Assembly: GCF_006345805.1 (NCBI RefSeq)
Contig: NC_043003.1
Location: 56,172,001-56,236,000, forward strand
Direction of reading: 5' to 3'
Source of the DNA: Octopus sinensis
Lineage: Eukaryota
Length of the DNA: 64,000 nt
Positions 63,815 through 64,000 of this stretch are shown one piece after another. The position numbers and the translations under genes were made by a program. Each line of letters opens with the position of its first letter. Within the stretch, counting starts at the first letter, position 1. Under the pieces are notes generated by a model. It did not search any database and had not been told where the DNA came from. It was given only the letters and a program-made list of their open reading frames with translations.

Positions 63815-64000
63815 CTTACGTGCATCTAGGTTCTTACATACGCACATAGACACACACACGCACCTATATGTACATATATGTTTCTGTGTATATATATGTA
63901 TATGTATATATGTGTGTGTGCGTGTGTGTGTGTGTGGTGTGTATGTGTGTATCTATGTTTATGACAAAGTGATGTTTTTTAACTTGTCTCTATATATTAT

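Overview
AT-rich eukaryotic non-coding DNA, saturated with microsatellites and decayed transposable elements. The three tRNA-derived SINE families and the (TA)n/(TATG)n/(GATA)n load resemble an octopus (coleoid cephalopod) genome; this is inference from remembered families, not a database result. I found no host protein-coding gene, rRNA, tRNA gene or CRISPR array, and most ORFs in the supplied track are translated microsatellites. Recognisable elements: L1/Tx1-type endonuclease and zinc-knuckle ORF1 remnants, Tc1 and mariner transposase fragments, RTE and CR1-like LINEs (a cluster at 46-55.7 kb, every copy inside TA-rich repeats), a Penelope-like GIY-YIG 3' end, and many SINEs. The main unexplained signal is a set of four distinct families of type I hammerhead-ribozyme (HHR) motifs in Penelope-style terminal repeats. 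(1) A canonical minimal HHR at 22621-22663. (2) An HHR with a 59-nt helix II in two sibling elements; one sibling is a perfect 108-bp-arm palindrome. (3) A U3:A8 core-swapped HHR in direct repeats that bracket a captured gag/ORF1-like sequence. (4) A CUGUCGA core variant tied to the GIY-YIG element. Ribozyme activity is inferred from structure and is untested.
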